Assembly: GCA_013265495.1 (NCBI GenBank)
Contig: MU058418.1
Span: 1,948,917 to 2,012,916 of the forward strand
Length of the DNA stretch: 64,000 nucleotides
Direction: 5' to 3'
From: Vicugna vicugna
Taxonomy: Eukaryota
This document shows positions 1-11,087 of the stretch, piece after piece (positions within the stretch are counted from its first letter, which is position 1; every line of letters starts with the position of its first letter). A program made the position numbers and the translations under genes. Under the pieces are notes generated by a model. That model ran no database searches. It saw only the letters and a program-made list of their open reading frames with translations, and had not been told where the DNA came from.

Positions 1-110
1 TGAACTCTTTATGTATTTTGGAAGTTAAGCTCTTGTCAGTCACATCATTTGCAAATATTTTCTCCCATTCCATAGGTTGTCTTTTTATTTTGTTTATGGT
101 TTCCTTTCCT
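1..110 (-). mobile_element. LINE-1 ORF2 3' fragment
   Basis: tttgcaaatattttctcccattcc...ggttgtctttt, homologous to the copies near 12110 and 56600. Confidence 0.8.
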
Positions 111-457
111 GGTCTTCCTTCTGGACAGTGTTCCAGATATCTGGGACCCTGGAATTCCCTGAATCCAAGGCCTCTTCCCCAGATCATCTTCCCCAGAGGG
201 AGAGCAGGCCCCACCACCAGTGTGCACACCCTGGCCTGGGGCATGGGCAAGGGCAGCAGTGCAGGGGAGTGGGTGGCTAGGCTGCCTGCTTACATATGCA
301 TATGCAGCCCTCTCACCAACAGTGTGATGTGATGTGACACCAGAGGTAGGAAGCGAATGGGGTCAAACTGTAAACTATGGGTTGGGGACCAGCTCTCCCC
401 AAGTCATTATACTTCAGCATAGAACCCAGAGTAGTCTTCAAAGTAGGACAGTTAAAC

Positions 458-667
458 TTTTTCTTTTTCTTTTTCTTCTTCTCCTCCTTCTCCTCCTCCT
501 TCTTCTTCTTTTCCTCCTTCTCCTCTTTCCCCTTCCCCTTCCTCTTCTTCTTCTTCTTTTTAGGTGGGAAGGTAATCAGTTTATTTTTAGAGGAGGTACT
601 GGGGATTGAACCTAGGACTTTGTGCATGCTAAGCATGCACTCTACCACTGAGCTATAACCTCCCCCC
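458..667 (-). mobile_element. tRNA-Ala-derived camelid-type SINE (vic-1-like) with expanded GAA/GGA tail
   Basis: Minus strand reads tatagctcagtggtagagtgcatgcttagcatgcac...ggttcaatccccagtacctcc then a purine-rich tail. Confidence 0.85.
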
Positions 668-943
668 AAACATTTTCATTTTAATAGTTAGTTTGATTTG
701 TAACCTTACAATATTTAGGACACTTAGACATATGGCACGTGGGCCTCCATTTGTACTCTCGTCCCTGGCCCTGCAAATGTTAAGAGCAGACCTGAAAGAG
801 AGGTGTACAAGGCTGGAGCTGCTGTTTCTCTGTGGAGGAGAAATGGAGGTGGGTCTGTGAGCCAAGACAATGTGAGCCATGAGCCCTGCCATGGTGGGGC
901 TGCCCTGCTGGAGCTGCTGTGAATGATGCCCCTTCCTTTTCAG

Positions 944-1093
944 ATCACTTTCAGTAAAGACCACCTCAAGGCCTGCCTCCTTTCCCTGGGCTGTGATGTG
1001 ATGGCCAGAGAACGCAGCAACTTCGAGAGCTACTCCATGTGTTACGAGCACTTGTTGGAGAATGCTAGGCAGAAACTCTGCCAGAAGGAGCAA
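944..1093 (+). CDS. CCDC162: CCDC162 coding exon (first in window), ITFSKDHLKACLLSLGCDVMARERSNFESYSMCYEHLLENARQKLCQKEQ
   Basis: Acceptor ccttttcag| and donor CAA|gtatgt; 150 nt, phase 0-0. Identified by coiled-coil character and by lying convergent with CD164, as human CCDC162P does. Confidence 0.85.
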
Positions 1094-1918
1094 GTATGTT
1101 TCCAGACAGACAAGAACTGCGTTAGGGAAGGTCTGGGAAGGGAAGCACAGGAGTCACTCTGAAGAGAAAGTAAAACAGGGTCCAGGAAGGTGTTCTTATG
1201 TGAGAAATGAGGATAAATGGTACTCTCCAAATTTCTCTTCTCTTTGGCTCATTTTCTTGGGCTCTGGTATTCTCAGTGGTGAAGGAGATGGCCCCACGAA
1301 CACTAGGTTGTGTGCTTTGGTAGTGTCCAGAGGGGAATATAAGAGGTGAGGGACAAAGGAGCTGACCCCCCAGGGAAGGTGCATAGCTGACCTTCCCACC
1401 CTCAGCAAACACAAGGGACCTTGTGCTGTTCCTGGTCCAGCAACGAAGCCAGAGTCCTTGAGTAAACTCTGTCTTCTGGAGGCACAGCATGGGTCTCATC
1501 CATGAGACTTCTTAAAATGAGATCCCACAGGTTGGATCCATGAGTCACTTCTCCTGCCCTAGATTACACACTGCTTTGAAATGGATTGCATCAGAGGTCC
1601 AGAGTAGTCTTTGTACATAAGAAAAGTGCAAAAGTATTTAAAAAATCAAATGAAGCATTAAAATATCACATGATCTTAGCTTTGTGCTCAGTCTGGCTGG
1701 CCCCACGGCTGAGGCCTCTGCACCAGTGGGGATACATGGGCGCTGATGCTGTCTTGTGATGCTTCCTGAAGTCCGGAGGGGCAGCAAGCATGGTCCTAGC
1801 TCCAGGCAGAGCCCGAGGAGCTCAGAATGAGGCACCAGTAGCACAAATAAGAGGTGTTTGGAGCGTGTTGTACTGAATAAATGTTGGAGTTTGGTGATGC
1901 ACTGCTTTCTTCTCTTAG

Positions 1919-1972
1919 GAATTAGGCATCATACGAAGAGGTCAGAGTCCACCTGAAAGCAGTGCTGGTCAG
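1919..1972 (+). CDS. CCDC162: CCDC162 coding exon, ELGIIRRGQSPPESSAGQ
   Basis: Acceptor ttctcttag| and donor CAG|gtaggt; 54 nt, phase 0-0, open frame. Confidence 0.75.
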
Positions 1973-2603
1973 GTAGGTCAGTTATCACTAAAGAGGTTCT
2001 CTTCTCCATTCTCAAGTCCACGATCTCAGCAGGATCCAGACATGGAACTTCCTCGTGTCCCTTTCTGTAAAAGTCCCTTCAGTGACGGGTCCACTGCAGA
2101 GACATCCAAGGAGTGTGCTGCACTTTTAGACAATGAGCACTTTTTTTTTTAAGTTTTTTGGTGGCTTTTGTTATTTTTTATTGATTTGTTTTTTCTTTCT
2201 GTTATTATATTTAGAAGCTTGGGGTTTTTGTTGTTGTTGTTGCTGTTTTCCTTTAAGGTCAATGTGCCTTCTGACGAAGAAATATTTAGGCTAAGGTGTC
2301 GAGCAAAGGCTGGTTTGGAAATGGAGGCCAAGACAGCTGAAGTATTCTCTCCAAATGAAAAGTCCTTAAGGGGCATCTCCTCTGGGCTCATTCATTCAGC
2401 AGCCATTTACTGAGCACCTATTACATGCCTTAGACCCTTAAACCAGCCTCAGCTTCTTCCACCCACACCTGCACAATAGGAGATCCACCTCTTCATTAGG
2501 TTCAAAGCGAAGTGCAAATTCAACATTCATATATGAGGAACTGTTCTGGGCAGTTTGGAATTCCTGAATGATTTTCCATTTTAGAAAACACTTCTGCCGC
2601 TAG

Positions 2604-2771
2604 GTTGCAGAGCTCAGTCACAACATGATCATGGAAATCACTGCCCTGAGAGCCCAGCTCACAGATTTGGAGGAGGAGAATCTGAATCTCAAAAAGCAGA
2701 TTAGAAAAGAAGTCCAAGAAGAATATGAAGCCCTGGTCCAAGCTTTGTTTGTGACGTGTTTGCACATCAAA
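2604..2771 (+). CDS. CCDC162: CCDC162 coding exon, VAELSHNMIMEITALRAQLTDLEEENLNLKKQIRKEVQEEYEALVQALFVTCLHIK
   Basis: Acceptor ccgctag| and donor AAA|gtaagt; 168 nt, phase 0-0; heptad pattern; overlaps ORF 2625..2957. Confidence 0.85.
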
Positions 2772-4627
2772 GTAAGTGACTGGTGTCGGACGTCTGGTCA
2801 GTCCTGGGGGGCCCTGGGCACACCTGACCCCTGTGGTGGCTGCACACAGAGGGATCGTGACAGAATGGGCTCAGTGGCACCAAGAGAATTCTCCAGCTCC
2901 AGGCTTTCACTGAAGACAGTGAGTCAGCGATGGGTGGTCGTTATTTTACCACGATAGACACTGAATTTTAAATAATTTAGATATTTGCTGTTTTCCTCAC
3001 TCTCCTGCCATTGTTGCCATCTGATTGTTGGTCAGGGAAGGGGGATCCTTATTCTGCAAAACTAGCAGTTTATGTCACTGTTCTGCCTATTTAGTGACCA
3101 TCTAAAATGGACAACACAGTGCTCTGGGCAGGCCAAACCCCAGTGTAGGTAGCAACAGGCACCTGCCGACAGCTCAGTGGGCAGATCCAGAATTTGAATC
3201 AGCTTTTGGAGATTTTCCAACCCTCAAAACGCCCACCATCCTTTCTCTCACACCCTGCTGACATGTCAGTGAAGGCCCATCCAGGATAGGAGTGGTGGGT
3301 GCCATGTGCCCACAGCACTGTGGAAGCCCTTCACTTTCTTATGGTGTCTGAGCAGTTGTAAGATGGAGACCTCATGCCTAAAATGGGCCATCATGGAGCC
3401 TGGTCCAGCTGCCCCACAAGTGTGAATTTCATTACAAACCTACCACCTCCAAGTCCACAGCTTCCCCCAAAACTACCCCCTTCCCTGCTATTGGATGTTC
3501 CTTAGAGATTTTGAGGGCCTTCACTGTCTCTCCTGGGGAATTCTAGGGTGATCCTTGGAGTCATTCCATTGAAAGGAGTTTCTACTGATGCTCTGCCTTG
3601 GCCTGGTCATTCCAGAGAGGATTGGACATTCCTTTTTACTGGAAAATATCCACAAAATACAAATGCTTACAAACATGAAAGGAGCCAAACCAACATGCAT
3701 TGGGGCCTGGTGCTGTGGGAGAAGGGTGAGCAGACAGTGAAGTCTGGAATTTACTAAGCCATCTTTTGGGTGTGAAATTGTTGAAAAATTTCTTTTTGGC
3801 TTCTGCCAGATTCCTAGACAAAAGGTACACTCTCTACTTCTCCCAGGCTCAATTAGTTCCACAAGCCCCTGAAAATAGGGAATCCCTGTTCTACCCCAGG
3901 GCCCCAAGAAGGTGCTGAAGCTTTTGCTGTGTGGCCAGTAGCCAGACTTCCTGCTGTGGTTCCCTAGCTGGCGCTAACCTTCTGTTTCCTCTCCAGGGAG
4001 GTGGTTCAGAGATGAAAGGACACCCCACACTCACCCCTCACCCAAGGATGCTGGGTCTCTAGTTGTACTTCGCAGTGATCAAGCTGTTTCACCATTTAGC
4101 CACCAGCCATAACCATCCAGAAGGGCTGTTTCACAATGAGATACCTGCTGGTGTTAAGGAGGAAGACAGCCGCCTGATTCCTCCCTCTACCTTACCTATT
4201 TTTAATGGAGTTCCCTGTTAGCGGCTCATGGACAGTGTCTTATCTGGTCAGATACTGCTGAGTCAACCTGAGAGCAAAAGGCCCTAGGTTCAAATTCCCA
4301 AGTAACCCTTTGCGTGTGTTTGGGGTGAAGGGGTTGGGGGTGCGATTCAGTTTTTCACCCGTGACTTCCCTCTTCGATGGCTCAACTTGCCTCGGCACCT
4401 GACATTGGCAGCAGGCTCTAAGATGTGCAGGTGTCCATGTGATGCAGCCCTGAGGGTTGAAGAGAACAGTAAAGAGGCCACTAGAGGGACTTCCAGGCAG
4501 TACCCGATGGAATCATTGTTTGGGTGGATGGTGTTTTAATGTGAAATCATTTCTGAAAGCTGGATCTTAGATGGCAAAAGGACTCTGCTTCAACTGCGCT
4601 TCCTGAACTTGAATCTGCAATTTGCAG

Positions 4628-4781
4628 GAGAAACTGGATGAGAATCAGCTTAATTTGATCCAGAAAGTGTGCGAGCTCATCGGTGAAGTAAGGACAGAAG
4701 GGATTGACAATATGAAGGACCTAAAGAAAAAAATGGGGCTCTGCCAGACCTGAGGAAGAAATGAAAGAAAACGCAGCTGAA
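4628..4781 (+). CDS. CCDC162: CCDC162 exon with an apparent +1 frameshift (EKLDENQLNLIQKVCELIGEVRTEGIDNMKDLKKK / WGSARPEEEMKENAAE)
   Basis: Acceptor tttgcag| and donor GAA|gtatgt; 154 nt (3n+1) between phase-0 neighbours. A7 run at 4727-4733; as written the frame reaches TGA at 4751-4753. Confidence 0.75.
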
Positions 4782-5026
4782 GTATGTGGTCTCATTTAGC
4801 TAAGGGGTGGGGGGCAGTCAGCATTTAACCCTAGCATCTGACCCCACTCTCTTTGCATTCTGGTCCTGTTCCCCTGAGAGAGCTTTGCTTCAGTCATTTA
4901 AAGGCACTGGGGCTTACTGCACAATTGTCTCATCTTCTGGAAGGCATGTTTCTGATGTTAGGATTCATGCCCTTCCCAAGAAAAGTGCTCGGGGCAGCCT
5001 TTTCTGAAAGTGAGCCTTCTAAGCAG

Positions 5027-5158
5027 GAGCAGCTGCGAGTCCCGGAGCAGGACAACAGCAGCCTGGCCGCCCTTGTGCGCAAAGTGAGGAGCCTGGGCCA
5101 CTGGAGGCTGGCAGTGCAGCAGGCGCGCTTCCGGGGCCACCTGAGGAGGGCTGAGGAG
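5027..5158 (+). CDS. CCDC162: CCDC162 coding exon, EQLRVPEQDNSSLAALVRKVRSLGHWRLAVQQARFRGHLRRAEE
   Basis: Tandem acceptor cttctAAGCAG| (start 5024 or 5027) and donor GAG|gtgaga; phase 0-0. Confidence 0.8.
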
Positions 5159-5769
5159 GTGAGACTTGGGGAGGAAGGGAGGCCCGGCCCGGGGCTGGGG
5201 CAGCCTGGTCCCCCGGGCTGCAGCGGCTGCACTGGTGTCAGGTAGCAAGTCCGACCCTCCTAAAGGATCCGACTGCTGGGATGTGTTCCTGGGAGAGGGC
5301 AAGGTCAGAGCCCCAGGAGAAACGGGAAAGAGCCAGAAGCAAATGACAAGCAAATGGGAGAAGAGAGGAGAGAGTTTAGCACAAGGGAAGGGAAAAGATG
5401 GAAGGAGAGACTTTACCAAGTGCTGGCAGCCGTGTCAAAACACTGCCAATCTGAGTTTCCAACAAGATTATCTGCAGAAAATGAAATAACAGTAAGTGGA
5501 ACATTGGCTTTAAGGCAAATTGAAACCAAAGCACATATCAATAGCGGTTTGGAAACTTTTCCTTACTGTTTCTGAAAGTCTTTATTTACTCTGATCTGTC
5601 ACACTCTTCTTCATTGACATCATGGAGGCAAGTGACCAGCAGGAGCTCTGTTCTACCAGAAACTTTAAAAAAAACGGTGGATGATGCTGTGGTTTGGAGG
5701 CTGGTTGTGAAACTGAAAATAAGGAGACGAAACTTATCTCTTGCCTTACTGTGTTTGGGATGTTCACAG

Positions 5770-5922
5770 GAAGCTATGCAAAGTAAAAAAGAGTGTTTGA
5801 GCGTCAAGCTAATGGCAGAACATGAAGTGACTCTGTTTCGTCAACAGCTGTTGGCTCTGCGGCAGGCCTTGGCCAGGGCTCAGGCCGACAACGCGAGGGT
5901 GTGCAGGCAGCAGGAGAACCAG
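5770..5922 (+). CDS. CCDC162: CCDC162 coding exon, EAMQSKKECLSVKLMAEHEVTLFRQQLLALRQALARAQADNARVCRQQENQ
   Basis: Acceptor ttcacag| and donor CAG|gtacct; 153 nt, phase 0-0. Confidence 0.85.
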
Positions 5923-7168
5923 GTACCTGAGCCTCTGAACCCCTCTTCCTCCCTCTCTTTGAACATAGTCTGGCGACCAGAAGCGGCACCTTGCTGCCTG
6001 TAGCTGTCCCCAGAATGCCACATGGCCAGAGAAAGATGGCCTGGACCTCGGCTCCCCTGATCCCTCCTTTCTAGCCCAGAAACCAGGGGCAGTGGCTAAA
6101 AGGCTTTGTTCTTATTCATATTTGGCTAAGATGGTGAAATATTACTCATACTCAAGATTGTTTTGTGTGTGTGTGTTTCTCTGAGGATCTTTTTACCCAG
6201 AGGGCATCGTGGGGTTTGGGTCTGGGCCTCTGACACATGCCTTTCATGCTCCAAGCACGCTTTCCACAAGTGTGGCCATCAGCGCTATGCCCCAAGCAGA
6301 GAGTCTTGGTTCCTTTCCTGATGACCCACACTAAGTCTTAATTTCAGAAGTTACTGCTGCTCTGTAGGGGTGGGAACCAAAATAAAGGTTTTTTAAGTCT
6401 GAGCTCTTAATAACTGTGCCAACTCTCTGAGCATGAATGAAGCAGAGAGATCAAGATTTACAGAAATAACAGCCTGTTTTTATAAACATAAAATATAATC
6501 TGTTTTAAAACATAAAATATAATCTGTTCCTTTTGGATCCTAATTCCTCCATTATTGTGTGCCAGGTGAATTATGATGTATAATTATGTAAAGTTACCAT
6601 ACAAATATTAATCATCATTATTAATATTATAATTAAGGGTCGACCACCTAGTGACTACTGGAAAATTTCAGAACAGAACAATTTTATTACTACTTTTTTC
6701 CTTTTCTAACCATCTGGAATTTGGCTTCCCTGAAAGCTACTTTGAAAATCAAAACAGAGGCAAGATTAACACCTCCCTTCCCCTTCCACTGCTATTGTAC
6801 GATTAAGGCTCAGTGATAGTGCAAATACAGTTTTGATAGATGAGACTATTTGGTTAATAAGTTATCTAACATACACATTAGCATCCAATTGTGGTAATAA
6901 GAGACCAAATGATTTAACCTGGTATTGCTGGAGAGTGGCCTTACCACTTGCCTAGCTTCTGTTGTTTCCTTGTTTTGTTCCCCCCAACCCCTGACTGTTG
7001 CCTTGGGGCTTACACGGGACAGCTGGGCCGTGGTACCCAACTCCACCCAGTTCTGCCCCTGGGCGCTAAGAGAGGGGATGGTTGTGTTGGTCAATCTCTC
7101 ATTCCCTGCCTTCTGCTGAGAAGAAAAGACTGCCTCTTTCTGTCTCCTTTGGCCTTTTCCTGCCACAG

Positions 7169-7378
7169 GCTCAGCTGCTGAAAGAGTTAGAACACAGAGC
7201 GACCCAGGAAGCTCGCCACCGGCAGCAGCTGGATTTAATGAAATCCTCCAGCATGGAGAAGCTGCTGGAGGATGTGGAGCAGAAAAAGCAGCACCTGCAG
7301 CTCCTTACTGAAGAGGCCGAGAGGGCCTCCAAACTGGACCAGCTCCAGCAGAAGAAAATTCAGAGAGAACTGCGACAG
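7169..7378 (+). CDS. CCDC162: CCDC162 coding exon, AQLLKELEHRATQEARHRQQLDLMKSSSMEKLLEDVEQKKQHLQLLTEEAERASKLDQLQQKKIQRELRQ
   Basis: Pyrimidine tract with ccacag| acceptor and donor CAG|gtaagt; 210 nt, phase 0-0; strongly coiled-coil. Confidence 0.88.
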
Positions 7379-8084
7379 GTAAGTCCAGTGAGGGCTGGCA
7401 CATCGGGGTGCTCCAGCCAGAGCCGTTTCATTCTTCACGTCTCTTCCAGGCCTCTCATGCCTCCACAGCGGTGCTCCTCCCCTCTGTCACCGCCAGGCCC
7501 ACCTTGGGCGTGGAAATATCTACACCTGGGCAATTGCTCAGGCTGCCTATGGTGAAAGATGATGGCTTGACTGCCTCCAGGCCCAGATCTTAGCACGTTT
7601 CTAACCACTAGAAAAATGTATTTCTACCCAGCTCTAATGTTTGAACTAGAAGGAATCCTTTAGAAAATTCTGACAAGTAATCTGGAAAGGGAGCAAGTGT
7701 TATGTAGGCTATTATAAGGGATTTTATTCATGGTGTTTCTGGAACTGCAGAGATAAAAAAGGAAAGGCAGAAGTGGTTTCCAGACACAATATGTTTTTAT
7801 TAAGAAAAAAAAAGAGGAGAAAATAATATAATGTAAATGTGAACTCATGCAAATTTCAACAAAGGGGACCACAGAATGTATTTCAACACAAAAGGGGAGA
7901 AAAAACCTAGCACTTTCCAGGGTTGGTGCTTCACAGGTATTCATTGAATGAATAAATCACTTAATTCACCAGAGATACTAGGAAACAGAAATGGGGAAGT
8001 TAAATTATTGGCCCAGTGTTTCAAGTACTCAAGGGGGAGATTAGTAAGGAGAATTCTATAAAAATAAATGACCAGAAAAAAGGA

Positions 8085-8458
8085 TAAAAGTTTTATCCTC
8101 TCACAGTTCAGGAGGCCAGAGTCTGAAATCAAGGCGTTGGTTCCTTTAGGAAGCTCTGGAAGAGCCTTTTCCACGCCTCTTGTAGCTTCTGGGGGCTGCA
8201 GGCAGTGGCTGACATTCCTCAGCCTGTAGCCACAGCTCCCCACTCCCTGCCTCCCTCGTCACATGGCCTCTTCCCTGTGTCTCTGTGTGTGGGTACCCTC
8301 TCCACTTTTTGTAAGGACATCAACATTGGATTTAGGGCCCACCCTTAATGCAGTATGACTTCATCTTAATTACATCTGCAAAGACTATTTCCAAACGTCA
8401 CATTTTGAGGTTCCAGGTGAACATGACTTTGTGGGGTACACTATTCAGCCCATTACAC
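8085..8458 (-). mobile_element. MaLR LTR (MLT1-like)
   Basis: Motifs ctcacagttcaggaggccagagtctgaaatcaagg, ggatttagggcccaccc and acatctgcaaagac...ttcagcccattaca. Confidence 0.75.
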
Positions 8459-9109
8459 TATTACTTTTTTATCATTAAAAACAATTAGGAGATGATAGAC
8501 ATAAATTTAAAAAGAAAAATGCCTGTGACCTCTGCAGGTGAGGTGCATTTTGGACCCAGTGACTTCCTGGCCAAGGGGACTTGGGGTCAGGGGTGCCAGG
8601 AGAGATTAAACACAGTTTGCCTCCAGGTGTGGGCCTTGTGTCAGGCCTGGAGATGGTGGCCAGGGCATTCCCTACAGATGAGCTGAACTCAGGGTTGAGA
8701 TCTGGGAGATCAAGTCTTGGCTTGAAGCCATCCAGGGTTTCCCACAGGTCTTTGGGGTGGTAGATGCCTGGCTTGGCCCACAAGGTCCTTTGTGAACTGG
8801 CTCCCCGCCCCTGCTTCCCTCTGGTGAAATAAACATAAAAAATATAACTTTTGTGAGTAAACTCCTGGCTATTATAAGGTAATATAGGGTTTCAAGGCCT
8901 CTGTTCCTCTTTCAAGTTCTTGGCCTTCCTAGAGCTCTTCATTCTCAGAAGGCTGAGTTCAGCCTGACCAGGACTTCATGACTTATATTCTGGGGTAACT
9001 TGGGACCCACACTCTCCCTAGAAACCGCCCTTCCCCACCCCTGCCCCTCCCAGGGAACTAAAGTGTGCACCAAGAAGCATCTCTGCTTCCCACGTGCTTT
9101 TCCCTTCAG

Positions 9110-9230
9110 ATGAGAAGCTGGCTTGTCCAGGAACGCAGTGTGAAGGTGGACGCTTTCCAGCGGGTAAAAGAGCTGCAGAGTCAGCTTAATGATGCTGAGC
9201 GATTGTTGGACCAGGTGAACTCACCAGGCG
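9110..9230 (+). CDS. CCDC162: CCDC162 coding exon, MRSWLVQERSVKVDAFQRVKELQSQLNDAERLLDQVNSPG
   Basis: Acceptor cccttcag| and donor GCG|gtaagg; 121 nt, phase 0-1. Confidence 0.82.
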
Positions 9231-9528
9231 GTAAGGATACCCCTACTCTGTGTAGAGTAAGCGTCCAGGGTCTGGTCTGAATTGAAGGAGGGTCTCAGGG
9301 ACCAACAATGACAATTCAGTGGTTATTGAGTGGGTGGTCCATGTTTATTGAGTGAATGAATGAACCTTCACTCTGATTTGCAGTCAGAACTCTACTTTAG
9401 TTCACCTTGGTGTACTGACATGTGGCACTAAAAGATTTCAATCATAAAAACTGGCTCTAGGTGTAATATATCACCTAAAGAACATTGGGTACTTCACTGG
9501 ATGTTAATACACCTTAACACCTTGGGAC

Positions 9529-10053
9529 TATAGGGGAGCAGAATTTGTCACCCTAAGATATGTCTTTGGCATATTGTTTTAAGTTGATTATTTTTTGAGA
9601 AACAGCAGACATGGGGAGGGCTCTGAAAATCAACCAAGAGTTGCCTTTTTGTAAGAAACATTTATTATATTTGTAAGGGAAACCTCCATTTGTAGGGGTG
9701 TCTCCCTCTTCTGTGCCAGGAAGAGAATGACCAAATCTCTAGAAACTTATCAATGGAAAAGACAAGTATGTATAACAAACTGATAGTTGTTTATTGTGCT
9801 TTTCTGGGTAACCTCCCATGGCTGACTTTCCCCGACCCTCATCAGCCTCTTCTGGCTTTAGCTGAGGATGGTATTTAAGGTGAGGGCTTCAGCAATTTTG
9901 GCAAGTTATTCAGTTCTCCTGGGTCTCTCCCAGGTATACATGTTATTAAACGTTTGTTTGATCTTCTCCTGTTAATCAATTTCATGTCAGTTTAATTCTT
10001 AGACTAGCCAGAAGAACCTAGAAGGGTAAAGGAAAATTTCTTCCTCCTGGACA
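9529..10053 (+). mobile_element. ERV1-class solo LTR (MER34-like)
   Basis: 525 nt, ending in CA, with internal TATA-like and ATTAAA signals; 4-bp target-site duplication GGAC at 9525-9528 and 10054-10057. Confidence 0.8.
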
Positions 10054-10790
10054 GGACATTAATGACCACATTTCTCAGATGTTATTTGTATAGATTCTTG
10101 GGTCCTGGGGGCTTGAGGAGTCCTATGGAAATAGCAATCAAAACAGCACTCTGGACAGTGCAGCCAGCAAGCAGCAATGGAGCAGAGGCCAGACTCTGAG
10201 ACGTCTTGAAACTAGCTTCCTCCCCTTTAAGATGAGGAAGTTCTCGTCCAGATCAAAAATATCACCCAGTATTAGTAACCATGATCAGCCTATTATTAAG
10301 ATCAGCCAAACCTCTTCTTTCTGTTCTACAGTGTAGCCTGATGGTTGAGGCTGTGGACTTTGGAGTAAGACAGCTAAGGTTCAAATCCTGCCCCTGTCAC
10401 TGCTAGCTGTGACCTTGGACAGGTTAATTCGCCTCTCTGTGAAATACCCACCTCAAAAGTGTATTCTAATGACTGTCTGCCACATAGTATAGTAGCACTA
10501 GATCATTTTGCAAATGTTGGTTATTACACTTCGATACATGTGTGTCCTTGTCTGTGTTTCCTTTTGTCACTTCCTAGTGTGAATGATGTGAGAAAACAGT
10601 TTATCAGAAGCAGAAAGATCATTTTCAAATATCAAGCAAAGATCAAGATACTTCGGATTTTCTAAGAGCAAAACTGGGCTCTCAGAAGCCAAAGGTGCTC
10701 TGTCCTGCCTCTGTGCCCACTGCCTGGGCCCTGACAGTGGGGCCTGAGAAATTGCAATTTGTTCTAGTGCAGTTACTCTCAAAATGCTTA

Positions 10791-10930
10791 AGAAACCTAT
10801 AATGAAAAATAATACGAAAACGAATATTTGTATGTATATATATGACTGAAACATTATGCAGTACATCAGAAATTGATACACTGTAACTGAGTATATACTT
10901 CAATTAATAAAGACATATCAACCAAAAAAA
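10791..10930 (+). mobile_element. Short L1 3'-end insertion
   Basis: L1 3'UTR terminus with A tail, flanked by an aaaatgctt(t)aa duplication. Confidence 0.7.
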
Positions 10931-11087
10931 ATGCTTTAAAAAAAGTGAAATCCCTACATGCTCAGGTCCAAGCTGTGGAGAAATTACTGGCTCACAAAAC
11001 TGTGAAATATTCAGAGGTAGACTTGCTTAAGTTGGCTCGATCGAGGTTTGAATTATTTTTTTCTTTTTCCCCTGGACCTGGAAGCAA

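Noticed and set aside
313..669. ORFs encoding poly-Lys/Glu, poly-Leu or poly-Phe/Ser peptides
   Set aside because: They are translations of a SINE and its low-complexity tail.
653..7438. Minus-strand ORFs overlapping CCDC162 exons
   Set aside because: Antisense shadows of coiled-coil coding sequence, with no splice support on the minus strand.
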